A stretch of 34,452 nucleotides of DNA from Candidatus Adlerbacteria bacterium. GTDB taxonomy: Bacteria > Patescibacteriota > Minisyncoccia > Phycocordibacterales > SBAW01. The notes under the pieces were generated by a model. It searched no databases. It saw only the letters and a program-made list of their open reading frames with translations, and was not told where the DNA came from. The position numbers and the translations under genes are program-made. Where the stretch lies: positions 1-34,452 of the forward strand of contig CAIWUA010000073.1 of NCBI GenBank assembly GCA_903915735.1. The letters are read 5' to 3'. Shown piece by piece: positions 16,628-24,832 of this stretch (position 1 is its first letter; each line of letters starts with the position of its first letter).

Positions 16628-19351
16628 ATGAAGCGCTTTTGGCAATTTCTCCCGCTCATTGTCGCGAGCTTTTTAATCATCTCGGCGGCATCGGCATCGG
16701 TCGTGATGGGGGTCTTGCGCTCAAACCAAGGAGACATAACAACCGGCTTGGTCGACCACTACACCATGGACCATGTCGACTTTAGCGGGTCGACGCTCCA
16801 CGATGTGGCGGGCGGCGCCGACGCAACCTTGGTCGGTTCGGCCGGCACGACGGTCGGCGGGCCGCTGGGGCAGGGGTACTTATTTTCGGGGGGTACCACC
16901 TTTGACACGACGCGCATCGTGCAGGACGACTTTACTATTTGTGCGTGGTTTAAAACGACCAGCCGTGGCATCTACACGAACCACTGGCAGAGCATGGCGA
17001 TTTACGACTCGGAGCAGCCGGGGCTTGCACAAGATTTTAGTTTGGGACTCGACTCCAACGGCAGGCTGATGTTTGGTGACGGCAGCGTAAGCCAAGGAGA
17101 CTTTAGTTTTAGTGGTCAGAGTACCGTCAACACCGGGCTATGGGTGTTGGGATGCGCGACGCGCCAAAAAAGCACCGGCGCGATTACACTCTACGTCAAC
17201 GGCGCGCCCGACGGCAGCGGCACGGGGGCGATTGGCACGTCGCTTACCTCAAATGCTTCGGCGCGCATTGGTGGCGGATTTGACGGGGCAGCCAACTTTA
17301 CGGGCACGATCGACGACGTACGTGTATACAACCGCGTTCTGTCGCCGCGGGACATCCAAACGCTTTACAGCGTGCCGGTGCCGGCCTCAATCCCGGGGCT
17401 CCGGCTGTGGCTGCGGGCGGACGAAATCCCGGGTCTCTCCGACGGCTCCGAGCTCACGGCGTGGGACGACTCAAGCGGACACAACAACTCGTTTACGCCG
17501 CACCCCGGCGATTCGGGGCCGACCTATCACACCGGCGAGTTGGGCGGCCTGCCGTCGCTGATGTTTAGTACGAGCCAATCGCTGCAAAACACCGGGCTCA
17601 ACCTCAACTCGAGTTGGACCATACTCTACGTCACAAGACTGCTCGGCACGACCAACGGCCGCACGCTGCAAGGCGGCAGCAATAATTGGCTCTTGGGTAC
17701 ATGGGGCACGTATGTCAACTCGGCATACTACAACAACGACATCCATTTAGTGAGCGATGCGGCCGACACGCAGTGGCGGCTGTATGAAGGTACCGGCAGT
17801 CGCGCGCAGGCGCATGGCACCTTTTATGTTAACGGCCGGCTCGTTGCGCAATCGAGCACGGCCTTTGAGGGGCCGGTGGGGTTAGGACTCAACAGCGGCG
17901 CTTTTAACGGCGAGCGCTCGGGTATGGAGGTGAGCGAGGTGCTGGCCTACGACCACCCGCTGACGCAAGTCGAGCGGGTACGGCTCGAGCAGTATCTTAA
18001 AACTAAATACGGGTTGGATATTGTGTCCGAAAAGCCCGCGACCGCCGCGCAGGTTAACAGTGTCTCGACTGATGGGTTGGTGGCGTACTGGCCGCTCGAC
18101 GATGCGTCGACGCCTATCAGGGACAAAAGCGGCAATGGATACGACGGTACATTGGGGGGCATTTTTGCTCCGGCTACGGGCAAAATAAATAAAGCACTCT
18201 ACTTTAACGGCGGCACGCTTATCGCCACCACGCTGCCGCTGCCGCGCTCGTACACCAAAGCGGCGTGGGTCAAGCTAAGTTCGTGTGTCGGTGCCAACAA
18301 CTTTATCTCGAGTGTCGACGACAGCGGGACGGCCTTTTGGGCGCCAGATTCCTTTGGGTGCAAATTGAGCGCCGGTAATCAAGGGACATGGGATATTGTT
18401 CAAGACTCGGTGGGGCTGACGCCGGGTGTGTGGTACCACGTGGCGGTAACGTACGACCCCGACCTCAACGGCGGCACCTTGAGTCTGTATAAAAACGGCG
18501 TCTTGGTAAGTGCTGCCACTAACATATCGCCGGCATCGAGTCCGTATGTGCAGCTGGGCGGCCACGACAACGGCAATAATCTCAACGGGTACATGGACGA
18601 CGTGCGCATCTACAACCGCGCGCTCTCGGCCGCCGAAATTAAAAAGCTCGCCTCCTTTGTGCAGACAACTCTCAATGACTCGACAAACGCGCGCTTTACC
18701 TCGGGGCTTGTCGGCCACTGGAGTTTTGACGGCGGCGACATTAATTGGGCTGCGCCAAGCGTCACCGACAGTTCGGTGTCGGGGCACAATGGCGCGCTCG
18801 TCGGCTTTTCGAAATCGAGCGTCGCGGCCGGCAAGGACGGCCAGGCGCTGCGGTTTAACGGCAGCAATTATATTGCCGGCGGCGACGCGTCGTTGCTAAG
18901 CGGCAATCATCCGCGTACGGTGAGTGTGTGGGTCAAGCCCGACCAATTGCCGGCCACTAACGAAGCCGGAGTGTTGTTTAATTACGGCACAGCCGACACA
19001 GACCAAGCGTTTGGTATCGGGCTTATAAACATCGAGGGGGTACAAAAGGTGCGTGTCTTTGGTTGGGGTGATGATTATGATGTGACGGTAACGCTCCCGG
19101 TGCATCAATGGACATTGCTTGTTGCCGAGTATGACGGGTCCCACTCTAACTTGTTTGTTAACACGACATTTGCAAGCGGGCATTATCCGGACAACAGCAA
19201 CGTCCGCCCTTCTTTATATACGGTCCTCAACCAGTATGAGATTGGGCGCAATATTGCTGGGGGCGACTATTATCAAGGGCTTATAGACGACGTACGTGTG
19301 TATAACCGGGCTCTTGCGCCGAGTGAGATACAAGCTTTATACTTACTGTAA
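16628..19351 (+). CDS. Secreted protein with four tandem LamG / concanavalin-A-like lectin domains (907 aa)
   Basis: Signal/TM segment MKRFWQFLPLIVASFLIISAASA. Four roughly 200-aa units each end in a LamG_3-type motif: GTIDDVRVYNRVLSPRDIQTLY, SEVLAYDHPLTQVERVRLEQYLKTKYGL, GYMDDVRIYNRALSAAEIKKLA, GLIDDVRVYNRALAPSEIQALY. The ATG is 3 nt after the giant ORF stop. Confidence 0.88.
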   Translation: MKRFWQFLPLIVASFLIISAASASVVMGVLRSNQGDITTGLVDHYTMDHVDFSGSTLHDVAGGADATLVGSAGTTVGGPLGQGYLFSGGTTFDTTRIVQDDFTICAWFKTTSRGIYTNHWQSMAIYDSEQPGLAQDFSLGLDSNGRLMFGDGSVSQGDFSFSGQSTVNTGLWVLGCATRQKSTGAITLYVNGAPDGSGTGAIGTSLTSNASARIGGGFDGAANFTGTIDDVRVYNRVLSPRDIQTLYSVPVPASIPGLRLWLRADEIPGLSDGSELTAWDDSSGHNNSFTPHPGDSGPTYHTGELGGLPSLMFSTSQSLQNTGLNLNSSWTILYVTRLLGTTNGRTLQGGSNNWLLGTWGTYVNSAYYNNDIHLVSDAADTQWRLYEGTGSRAQAHGTFYVNGRLVAQSSTAFEGPVGLGLNSGAFNGERSGMEVSEVLAYDHPLTQVERVRLEQYLKTKYGLDIVSEKPATAAQVNSVSTDGLVAYWPLDDASTPIRDKSGNGYDGTLGGIFAPATGKINKALYFNGGTLIATTLPLPRSYTKAAWVKLSSCVGANNFISSVDDSGTAFWAPDSFGCKLSAGNQGTWDIVQDSVGLTPGVWYHVAVTYDPDLNGGTLSLYKNGVLVSAATNISPASSPYVQLGGHDNGNNLNGYMDDVRIYNRALSAAEIKKLASFVQTTLNDSTNARFTSGLVGHWSFDGGDINWAAPSVTDSSVSGHNGALVGFSKSSVAAGKDGQALRFNGSNYIAGGDASLLSGNHPRTVSVWVKPDQLPATNEAGVLFNYGTADTDQAFGIGLINIEGVQKVRVFGWGDDYDVTVTLPVHQWTLLVAEYDGSHSNLFVNTTFASGHYPDNSNVRPSLYTVLNQYEIGRNIAGGDYYQGLIDDVRVYNRALAPSEIQALYLL

Positions 19352-19362
19352 CCTTGATACTT

Positions 19363-19566
19363 ATGAACCGACTCATACAACTCGCATCGCTCTTTTCGGT
19401 AGCGTTGGTCGCCGGTGCCGCAGGCGTAGTTAAAATCGCGCACAATCCGGGTGCTCTCATGGCAACTCTGCACAGCAGCAAGGTGGCGCTCGCCGCCGCT
19501 CCGGTGTGTACCGTGCAAGAAAAAAACGGTGTCTATTTTGCAAGCTGCGGCGACTTTGTCGAATAA
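19363..19566 (+). CDS. Small secreted hypothetical protein (67 aa from the ATG; a TTG at 19354 is possible)
   Basis: MNRLIQLASLFSVALVAGAAG is a signal peptide. The mature part has two Cys (PVCTVQEKNGVYFASCGDFVE). It is packed between neighbouring genes with 11-nt and 3-nt gaps. Confidence 0.5.
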   Translation: MNRLIQLASLFSVALVAGAAGVVKIAHNPGALMATLHSSKVALAAAPVCTVQEKNGVYFASCGDFVE

Positions 19567-19569
19567 ATC

Positions 19570-21144
19570 GTGAGACTATTGCGTCTCGGGTTGGTAGTGG
19601 TTGCGGTGGTGATAGTTGGGGGCGGCGTGTGGGTGGGCTATGACCGCTACGCGCAGGCAGAAGAGCGCGCACGCCTGGTGCGCGAACTTGCCGACTTTGT
19701 GGTGCCCGAGGTGGTATATAACGGCATTACCTATACGGTTGGCGACAGCACACCACTGCCGGTGTTGCGTATTGCCTATGCCGCGGTACTCAGCCGACTT
19801 GACCCTTTGTACGGGCTCGAGGGGACTGAGCCCGACAAGTTGGTGCAAAGTGTTGATGATTTAGAAAACTTTCAATCCTCGCTCGGGGCATCGTACGACC
19901 CCAGCCAGGCGCTCTACATTACTAAACTCTTTCCGATTGATTTTTTGCGCGCCGCGGCCGACACCGAGCGGGCGCGGCAGGATTTTGTTGCTGCACCGTC
20001 GGACACTCGTCTCCGTGCTTACGAGCAAAGTCTGCGCACAACAGTGCGGGGAGGCCAGAGCTATGTAGACGACTTGCTCAACTTTTTAGATACGCAAGAC
20101 ACCGGAGTAAAGAAGGGCCTCGCATTTTTTGACGGAGAGACCACCCTGTCCGATTACACCGCGAGCCTCGCCGAGTACCGCAAGACTCTTGCCTGGGCCT
20201 CTGCCGCAGTCGACCGGCGTGATGCTTGTTTTGATCGGGTAGGCGACGGGTGTCCGTCGTTGCAGGACACCTTAGCAAAGCTCGCGGCGGGCACGACCAC
20301 CGCATCGGTTGCGGCCGCCTTACCGTCACAGGTCGAGACTAACCGCGCTTTGCTTACAAAGTACATGCGCGGCAGTTCGGAGGCGACGGTTGGCAAGGTG
20401 GTGGCGCTTACGGGGAGCCCCTGCTTTGCGCAATTTGATCCGGTGTACTACTTGTCTATGCAAATACCGCAAGGCAGCTCGACCGCGTACTCGTTGGGGT
20501 TGCTCAACGATATTTATTTTTATGATTCGGCCAAACATCCGACCGACGCGCGCTACACGCCCGAGCTAAAGGCCGCCGTGCCGTACGTCTATCAGTCGGC
20601 ATCTAATTTGTACATGTGTTTGGCATCGGGCAACGACCTGGTGCGCGCGATAACACTCGACACGCTGGCGCATCGCTTTGGCGTCCGTTCGCCGGTCATA
20701 ACCGAACCTGACCTCGTGGCCCGCACGGCGAGCGCCGGCAGCGAGCTGGTACATGTTGGCGAGCGTGCGCTTGCGGCTCGGCAAGGCACGGCCACGGTCT
20801 ATGCTACCGAGCGTACGCTCCTTATTGCCCACGAGCACGGCGCTCGTTTTGACGAGCTGATAGAAGATGCTATCGCTAACGAAGACGCCGCCGCGGTGTA
20901 TGCCGCCAATAACGAAAAGTTGCCCTTGGCAACGCTCTTTTTGGCGCGCAGTTACTTGCCGCTTCTTATGCTGACCTACAACCTAAGTGTGTCGCCCCAG
21001 CCGCTGGTGTTAACGACGCCGTACTATTTCACCATTACCCAGTTTGGGTTGGTCCCGTACAGCGCGCTTGAAAGTACCTACTCGCCGGCACAAATGCTCG
21101 CCATGATGTTGAGGGGGAGTGCCATACAAAAAAAGCGCCCCTAA
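19570..21144 (+). CDS. Hypothetical membrane-anchored protein (524 aa); no family recognised
   Basis: GTG start. The N-terminal TM is LRLGLVVVAVVIVGGGVWVGY. The composition looks like real protein, in contrast to the Arg-rich alternative frames. The following gene starts 2 nt after its stop. Confidence 0.75.
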   Translation: MRLLRLGLVVVAVVIVGGGVWVGYDRYAQAEERARLVRELADFVVPEVVYNGITYTVGDSTPLPVLRIAYAAVLSRLDPLYGLEGTEPDKLVQSVDDLENFQSSLGASYDPSQALYITKLFPIDFLRAAADTERARQDFVAAPSDTRLRAYEQSLRTTVRGGQSYVDDLLNFLDTQDTGVKKGLAFFDGETTLSDYTASLAEYRKTLAWASAAVDRRDACFDRVGDGCPSLQDTLAKLAAGTTTASVAAALPSQVETNRALLTKYMRGSSEATVGKVVALTGSPCFAQFDPVYYLSMQIPQGSSTAYSLGLLNDIYFYDSAKHPTDARYTPELKAAVPYVYQSASNLYMCLASGNDLVRAITLDTLAHRFGVRSPVITEPDLVARTASAGSELVHVGERALAARQGTATVYATERTLLIAHEHGARFDELIEDAIANEDAAAVYAANNEKLPLATLFLARSYLPLLMLTYNLSVSPQPLVLTTPYYFTITQFGLVPYSALESTYSPAQMLAMMLRGSAIQKKRP

Positions 21145-21146
21145 CT

Positions 21147-21728
21147 ATGTTGCACCACTACGCTCCGGCTTCGTTCGACAAAGACGCAACAGACGTTGTC
21201 GTCCTTTCCGACCGGCCGGAGTGGAGCTCGGGTACCCGCGCTCTTCGGGTGCTCAAGTCTGTGGTAGTGCTGACACTGGTGCCGCTTTTTTGGCAGCTGC
21301 TCCCGGGGTTACACGGCGCGTGTCGGGTACTCAAGGTGCCGTTTTTTTTAGGTTCGATGGGCAACCTTACTCTGGCGGCCGTGGTAGCAGCCGAAGCGGC
21401 TGTTGATACGGTTATGGCCGAGGCATGCGATGCTCAACAAATTATCGACGCCCTCAAGCTTCATGGGGTCGCGCCGCGTGCATGGGTGCTCCTTCATCGG
21501 GGTGGGGAGGTGCGGCCTTTGCCGATGGCTTTATTGGCGCCGTATATCCAGGTCGCCCAAGAGGTCCACGCTATCCCGGGCGTGGCGTGCTTGGCACAAT
21601 GCGAGGTGCTTATCGCGCGCAAAGAAGCTCTCTTTCATACCGTGCCAATGCCTGCCGCGGTCGAGCCGCTCGCGACCGAGGCCACAGGCACCTGCACGTG
21701 CGGCGAAACAATTTACCGATGCGTATGA
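21147..21728 (+). CDS. Hypothetical protein (193 aa) with a Cys-rich C-terminus; no family recognised
   Basis: ATG 2 nt after the previous stop. One hydrophobic segment, VVVLTLVPLFWQLLPGL. Ends GTCTCGETIYRCV. Its stop TGA overlaps the next ATG (ATGA at 21725-21728). Confidence 0.65.
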   Translation: MLHHYAPASFDKDATDVVVLSDRPEWSSGTRALRVLKSVVVLTLVPLFWQLLPGLHGACRVLKVPFFLGSMGNLTLAAVVAAEAAVDTVMAEACDAQQIIDALKLHGVAPRAWVLLHRGGEVRPLPMALLAPYIQVAQEVHAIPGVACLAQCEVLIARKEALFHTVPMPAAVEPLATEATGTCTCGETIYRCV

Positions 21729-22927
21729 ACCTACCCCAACCTCTTGTCGATCTTGTCGCGCGCTGCACGCACCTGCACATCAGTACGTGGGCGCAGTGGC
21801 AGGCCCTGCCGCCCGTTACGCGCGAGCAGCTCGGCCGCTTTTCGTATCGTGAGCGATGTGTAGTGCCGCTTGCCGAGGTCGAACGCATTGTGGCGACCTC
21901 GGGCACCAGCGGGCGACCGCCGTTTCTTACGGCACTGGGGTTCACGGTGCGTAGCTACGACTTTTTAGACGAGTGGTATCGTTTTAGCAAACCTATTGTG
22001 TGTGTTGACCAAAATTATCTGCGGCTCGAGCAGTACTTGGCGCGTGCCGGCTCGCCGGTGCCTATCCTTATTATCGACCCGCGCGCGCCAAAGGTAACGG
22101 CGGCGCTCGCCCAAGCGGCCGGTGCCGACACGTTGTTTATCCTCGAGCCGCAATTGCGCTCGGTGGGTGATGAGATGGCACGGTGCGGGGCTGCCGCCAA
22201 TATCCGCTTTTTAATGCTTGGCGGTGGCGACATTGGCCCGCACGTTGCGTATTTGTCGCGCACCTTCCCACAGGCGGTATTACTTGGCCGGTATGCGGCG
22301 AGCGAGGTCGAGGGCAACCCTATTGGGGTGCCGTGCAACGCGGTCACTCCCGAGGCACCCGAGCAGTACTATCATGCCAATACGGACATGCATCTCGATA
22401 TAGTCGACCCAACCGACGGTACCGATGTCCCGTGGGCACCGGGTGCCGAGGGCGACCTGCTGGTGTCGACTCCGCATCCGGCGGTCGCTTCGCCGCTCAT
22501 CCGCTACAAAATAGGCGACCGCGTGCGCGTCGCCGAAACGCCCTGTGCGCGCCACCGCGCGTACGCGTTTGCGGTACTCGGTCGCGCTAATCTCGACTTT
22601 GTTAAGGTGCAGGGCGGTCAATTGCGTGTCGACGAACTGGCCCGCACCGTGCGGCAATTTGCCGCCGTCATAACCGGTGAGTTTGAGTTGCAATACACCG
22701 AGCGCGACAACGGCCGTGGGGTCGAGCTTGCCGCCACACTCTACCTCGAGCCACGCGGGCCGCTTGACTGGACCCAGTTTGCCGAGACGATGGCACACGA
22801 GCTACGGGTGGGGCCGAGCTTTACCTACGCACAGGGTGTCGCTCGCGGCTGGTATGCCCCCTTGGTGTGCGCCCCTTTGCCGCCTATTACACAAGGGGTC
22901 AAGCGCAAACGCCTCACCCGTGTGTGA
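21725..22927 (+). CDS. Adenylate-forming enzyme of the phenylacetate-CoA ligase (PaaK) / coenzyme F390 synthetase family, about 400 aa (the ATG at 21719 is also possible)
   Basis: It aligns by eye to E. coli PaaK. VERIVATSGTSGRPPF matches VRIHASSGTTGKPTV. GRYAASEVEGNPIGVPC matches DIYGLSEVMGPGVAMEC. DIVDPTDGTDVPWAPGAEGDLLVST....PLIRYKIGDRVRV matches EIVNPHDGTPLADGEHGELLFTT....PVIRYRTRDLTRL. LGRANLDFVKVQGGQLRVDEL matches SGRSDDMLIIRGVNVFPSQLE. Confidence 0.8.
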   Translation: MNLPQPLVDLVARCTHLHISTWAQWQALPPVTREQLGRFSYRERCVVPLAEVERIVATSGTSGRPPFLTALGFTVRSYDFLDEWYRFSKPIVCVDQNYLRLEQYLARAGSPVPILIIDPRAPKVTAALAQAAGADTLFILEPQLRSVGDEMARCGAAANIRFLMLGGGDIGPHVAYLSRTFPQAVLLGRYAASEVEGNPIGVPCNAVTPEAPEQYYHANTDMHLDIVDPTDGTDVPWAPGAEGDLLVSTPHPAVASPLIRYKIGDRVRVAETPCARHRAYAFAVLGRANLDFVKVQGGQLRVDELARTVRQFAAVITGEFELQYTERDNGRGVELAATLYLEPRGPLDWTQFAETMAHELRVGPSFTYAQGVARGWYAPLVCAPLPPITQGVKRKRLTRV

Positions 22928-22993
22928 ATATCGGGGTATTTTTATCCCCACGGGGGTGCGGTATACTTAACGGGATAGTAATTATTTATTTGT

Positions 22994-23578
22994 ATGGACA
23001 CCCCTCTACCAGAGCCGCGTCGCCGTCGTCGTCGCACAGAGCTCGAGGTAGAAGTACAACCACCTATGACAGACCAACAACAAGCCGCCTATGCAACAGT
23101 AGCCAAGCCGGGATTTTTTGTCCGCATGCTTGTATGGTTGCTGCGATTTTGCCGCCGCAATATCTTTAGCGTCGTGCCCGTCGCTATTTTGCTTATAGCG
23201 CTCGGGTATTATTACTACCAGTATCAAAACCTGCTCAGTAAAAGCCCGGCGAACGCCCAAGCTCAGGCGCAAGAGCAGACGCGCGCCGTCGTGACCGATA
23301 TCGAAAAGCTCATGTATATTGCCGACGACTCGGGCGCGCAGTTGGCGACCATATCGGATATCACCAAACTCCAAGGTCAAAAGTTTTTTGAGAACGCCAA
23401 AAACGGCGACGACTTGGTGCTCTTCCCGGCGGCGCAACAAGCCATCCTGTACCGGCCTTCGACGCACAAGATAGTGCAGGTAGGTCCTTTTACTCCGGGG
23501 ACAGGGTCAACAGCCTCCTCGGCCGCCTCGGGCACTAAAGCTCCGGCTACCCAAGCCACCTCGACAAAAACACGCTAA
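22994..23578 (+). CDS. Hypothetical single-pass membrane protein (194 aa)
   Basis: Arg-rich cytoplasmic N-terminus (PEPRRRRRRTELE), TM FSVVPVAILLIALGYYYY, and a C-terminal S/T/A-rich tail. Confidence 0.7.
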   Translation: MDTPLPEPRRRRRRTELEVEVQPPMTDQQQAAYATVAKPGFFVRMLVWLLRFCRRNIFSVVPVAILLIALGYYYYQYQNLLSKSPANAQAQAQEQTRAVVTDIEKLMYIADDSGAQLATISDITKLQGQKFFENAKNGDDLVLFPAAQQAILYRPSTHKIVQVGPFTPGTGSTASSAASGTKAPATQATSTKTR

Positions 23579-23581
23579 CCT

Positions 23582-24832
23582 ATGCGCACCGCGCTCCTTA
23601 CGGCCATGCTCCTCTTGGGCTTACCGGCCGTGGCCTTTGCGTCGCAAACTGACGGCACTGTCTCTGCCACAACTAAGTATGCCTGGGGCGAGAATATGGG
23701 TTGGATAAACTTTGCGCCCCAAAACGGAGATACGTATACCGGCATCCATATTACCGATACAGCCGTAACCGGCTATGCATGGAGTGCGGCGGTAGGTTGG
23801 ATCAACTTTAGCCCGACCAACTCCGGGCAGGGGGTCACCAACACATCCGACGGCCACTTGGGCGGCTATGCGTGGATAGCGACCAAGGGATGGTTGTCTA
23901 TGTCGGGCGTTAGTATCAACTCCTCGGGCAAAATCACCGGTATTGCAGGCACCGAGGGGAGCACGGTTGGCCGCGTGTCGTTTGATTGTACGCAATGCAA
24001 CGTGACCACCGACTGGCGCCCCACATCGGCGCGCTCGGAGGATACACCTCCTCCGTCGCCGCCACCGGCCGCCGGCGGACCTATTGCCGTGGCGACAAAC
24101 CACCCAGTACCTGCAACACTTCCGGTGCCGACAACAGCGCCTGCCAGCCCCAACGCCGCGCCGTCCGCGGGCGACACGGCCGTACCAGCGGCCCCAGTTA
24201 GCAGCCCGGATCCTATCGCGCAATTTTATAGAGACATTATCCAAACTGTTCCCGCGTTGCGTGCCGACCTAAACCACGTCGAGTCGTACGACAAACCTTT
24301 GCGGGTCGAACCCCAACAAACCGGGCTTGTTGTCGGGCAGTTTGTAAGCGGGGTGGGGGCGGCCGTCGAGATACCGCGCAATGTATCAACCGGCGCGTTG
24401 ACTATCTCTATTACGGCGCGGCCGCTCGCGGTCTCTACCGCCACAACCGCCCTCGTAGCTATGGGGGGTGTAGCGTTTGATGTTACGGCCGTCGACTCTC
24501 AGGGCAATGCCGTCCACTCGTTTAATCATCTATTAAAAATTACGCTTGTCGTCCCACAGTCGCTGCAAGGCCGCAGCGACATTGGCGTGTATTGGTTTGA
24601 CCCCGGCTCGAACAATTGGGTGCTGGTGTCCGACGTGACGTTTACCGGGCGGACGGCGAGCTTTACGGTTGCGCACCTTACTCGCTTTGCGGTACTTGGC
24701 GACCGCATCGCAGTATCCCAACCGACACTGCCGCCGAAGACCGCCGTCAATGAAGACTGGCTTTGGCTGCTCGTGGTGCTTATTGTTGTGTACATTGCAC
24801 AGCGTTGGTATAGACACACCAGAGACAAATGA
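23582..24832 (+). CDS. Secreted, C-terminally anchored surface protein with three 'YAW-x(4-5)-GW-I/L-x-F/M' repeats and a Pro-rich linker (416 aa)
   Basis: Signal peptide MRTALLTAMLLLGLPAVAFA. Repeats KYAWGENMGWINFAPQNG, GYAWSAAVGWINFSPTNSG and GYAWIATKGWLSMSG. Linker TPPPSPPPAAGGP...PVPATLPVPTTAPASP. C-terminal TM WLWLLVVLIVVYIAQRWY. Confidence 0.8.
   Translation: MRTALLTAMLLLGLPAVAFASQTDGTVSATTKYAWGENMGWINFAPQNGDTYTGIHITDTAVTGYAWSAAVGWINFSPTNSGQGVTNTSDGHLGGYAWIATKGWLSMSGVSINSSGKITGIAGTEGSTVGRVSFDCTQCNVTTDWRPTSARSEDTPPPSPPPAAGGPIAVATNHPVPATLPVPTTAPASPNAAPSAGDTAVPAAPVSSPDPIAQFYRDIIQTVPALRADLNHVESYDKPLRVEPQQTGLVVGQFVSGVGAAVEIPRNVSTGALTISITARPLAVSTATTALVAMGGVAFDVTAVDSQGNAVHSFNHLLKITLVVPQSLQGRSDIGVYWFDPGSNNWVLVSDVTFTGRTASFTVAHLTRFAVLGDRIAVSQPTLPPKTAVNEDWLWLLVVLIVVYIAQRWYRHTRDK

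Noticed and set aside
21425-21724. The N-terminal 100-aa extension of the PaaK-like ORF (the track ORF starts at 21425).
   Set aside because: The extension is Arg/Gly-rich and overlaps the better-looking 193-aa frame. PaaK homology begins after the ATG at 21719/21725, which overlaps the upstream stop.
22928-22993. A possible terminator hairpin, GGGG-tatttttat-CCCC, after the PaaK-like gene.
   Set aside because: It has only a 4-bp stem with a 9-nt loop and no following T-tract. That is too weak to call, so the 66-nt gap may or may not be an operon boundary.
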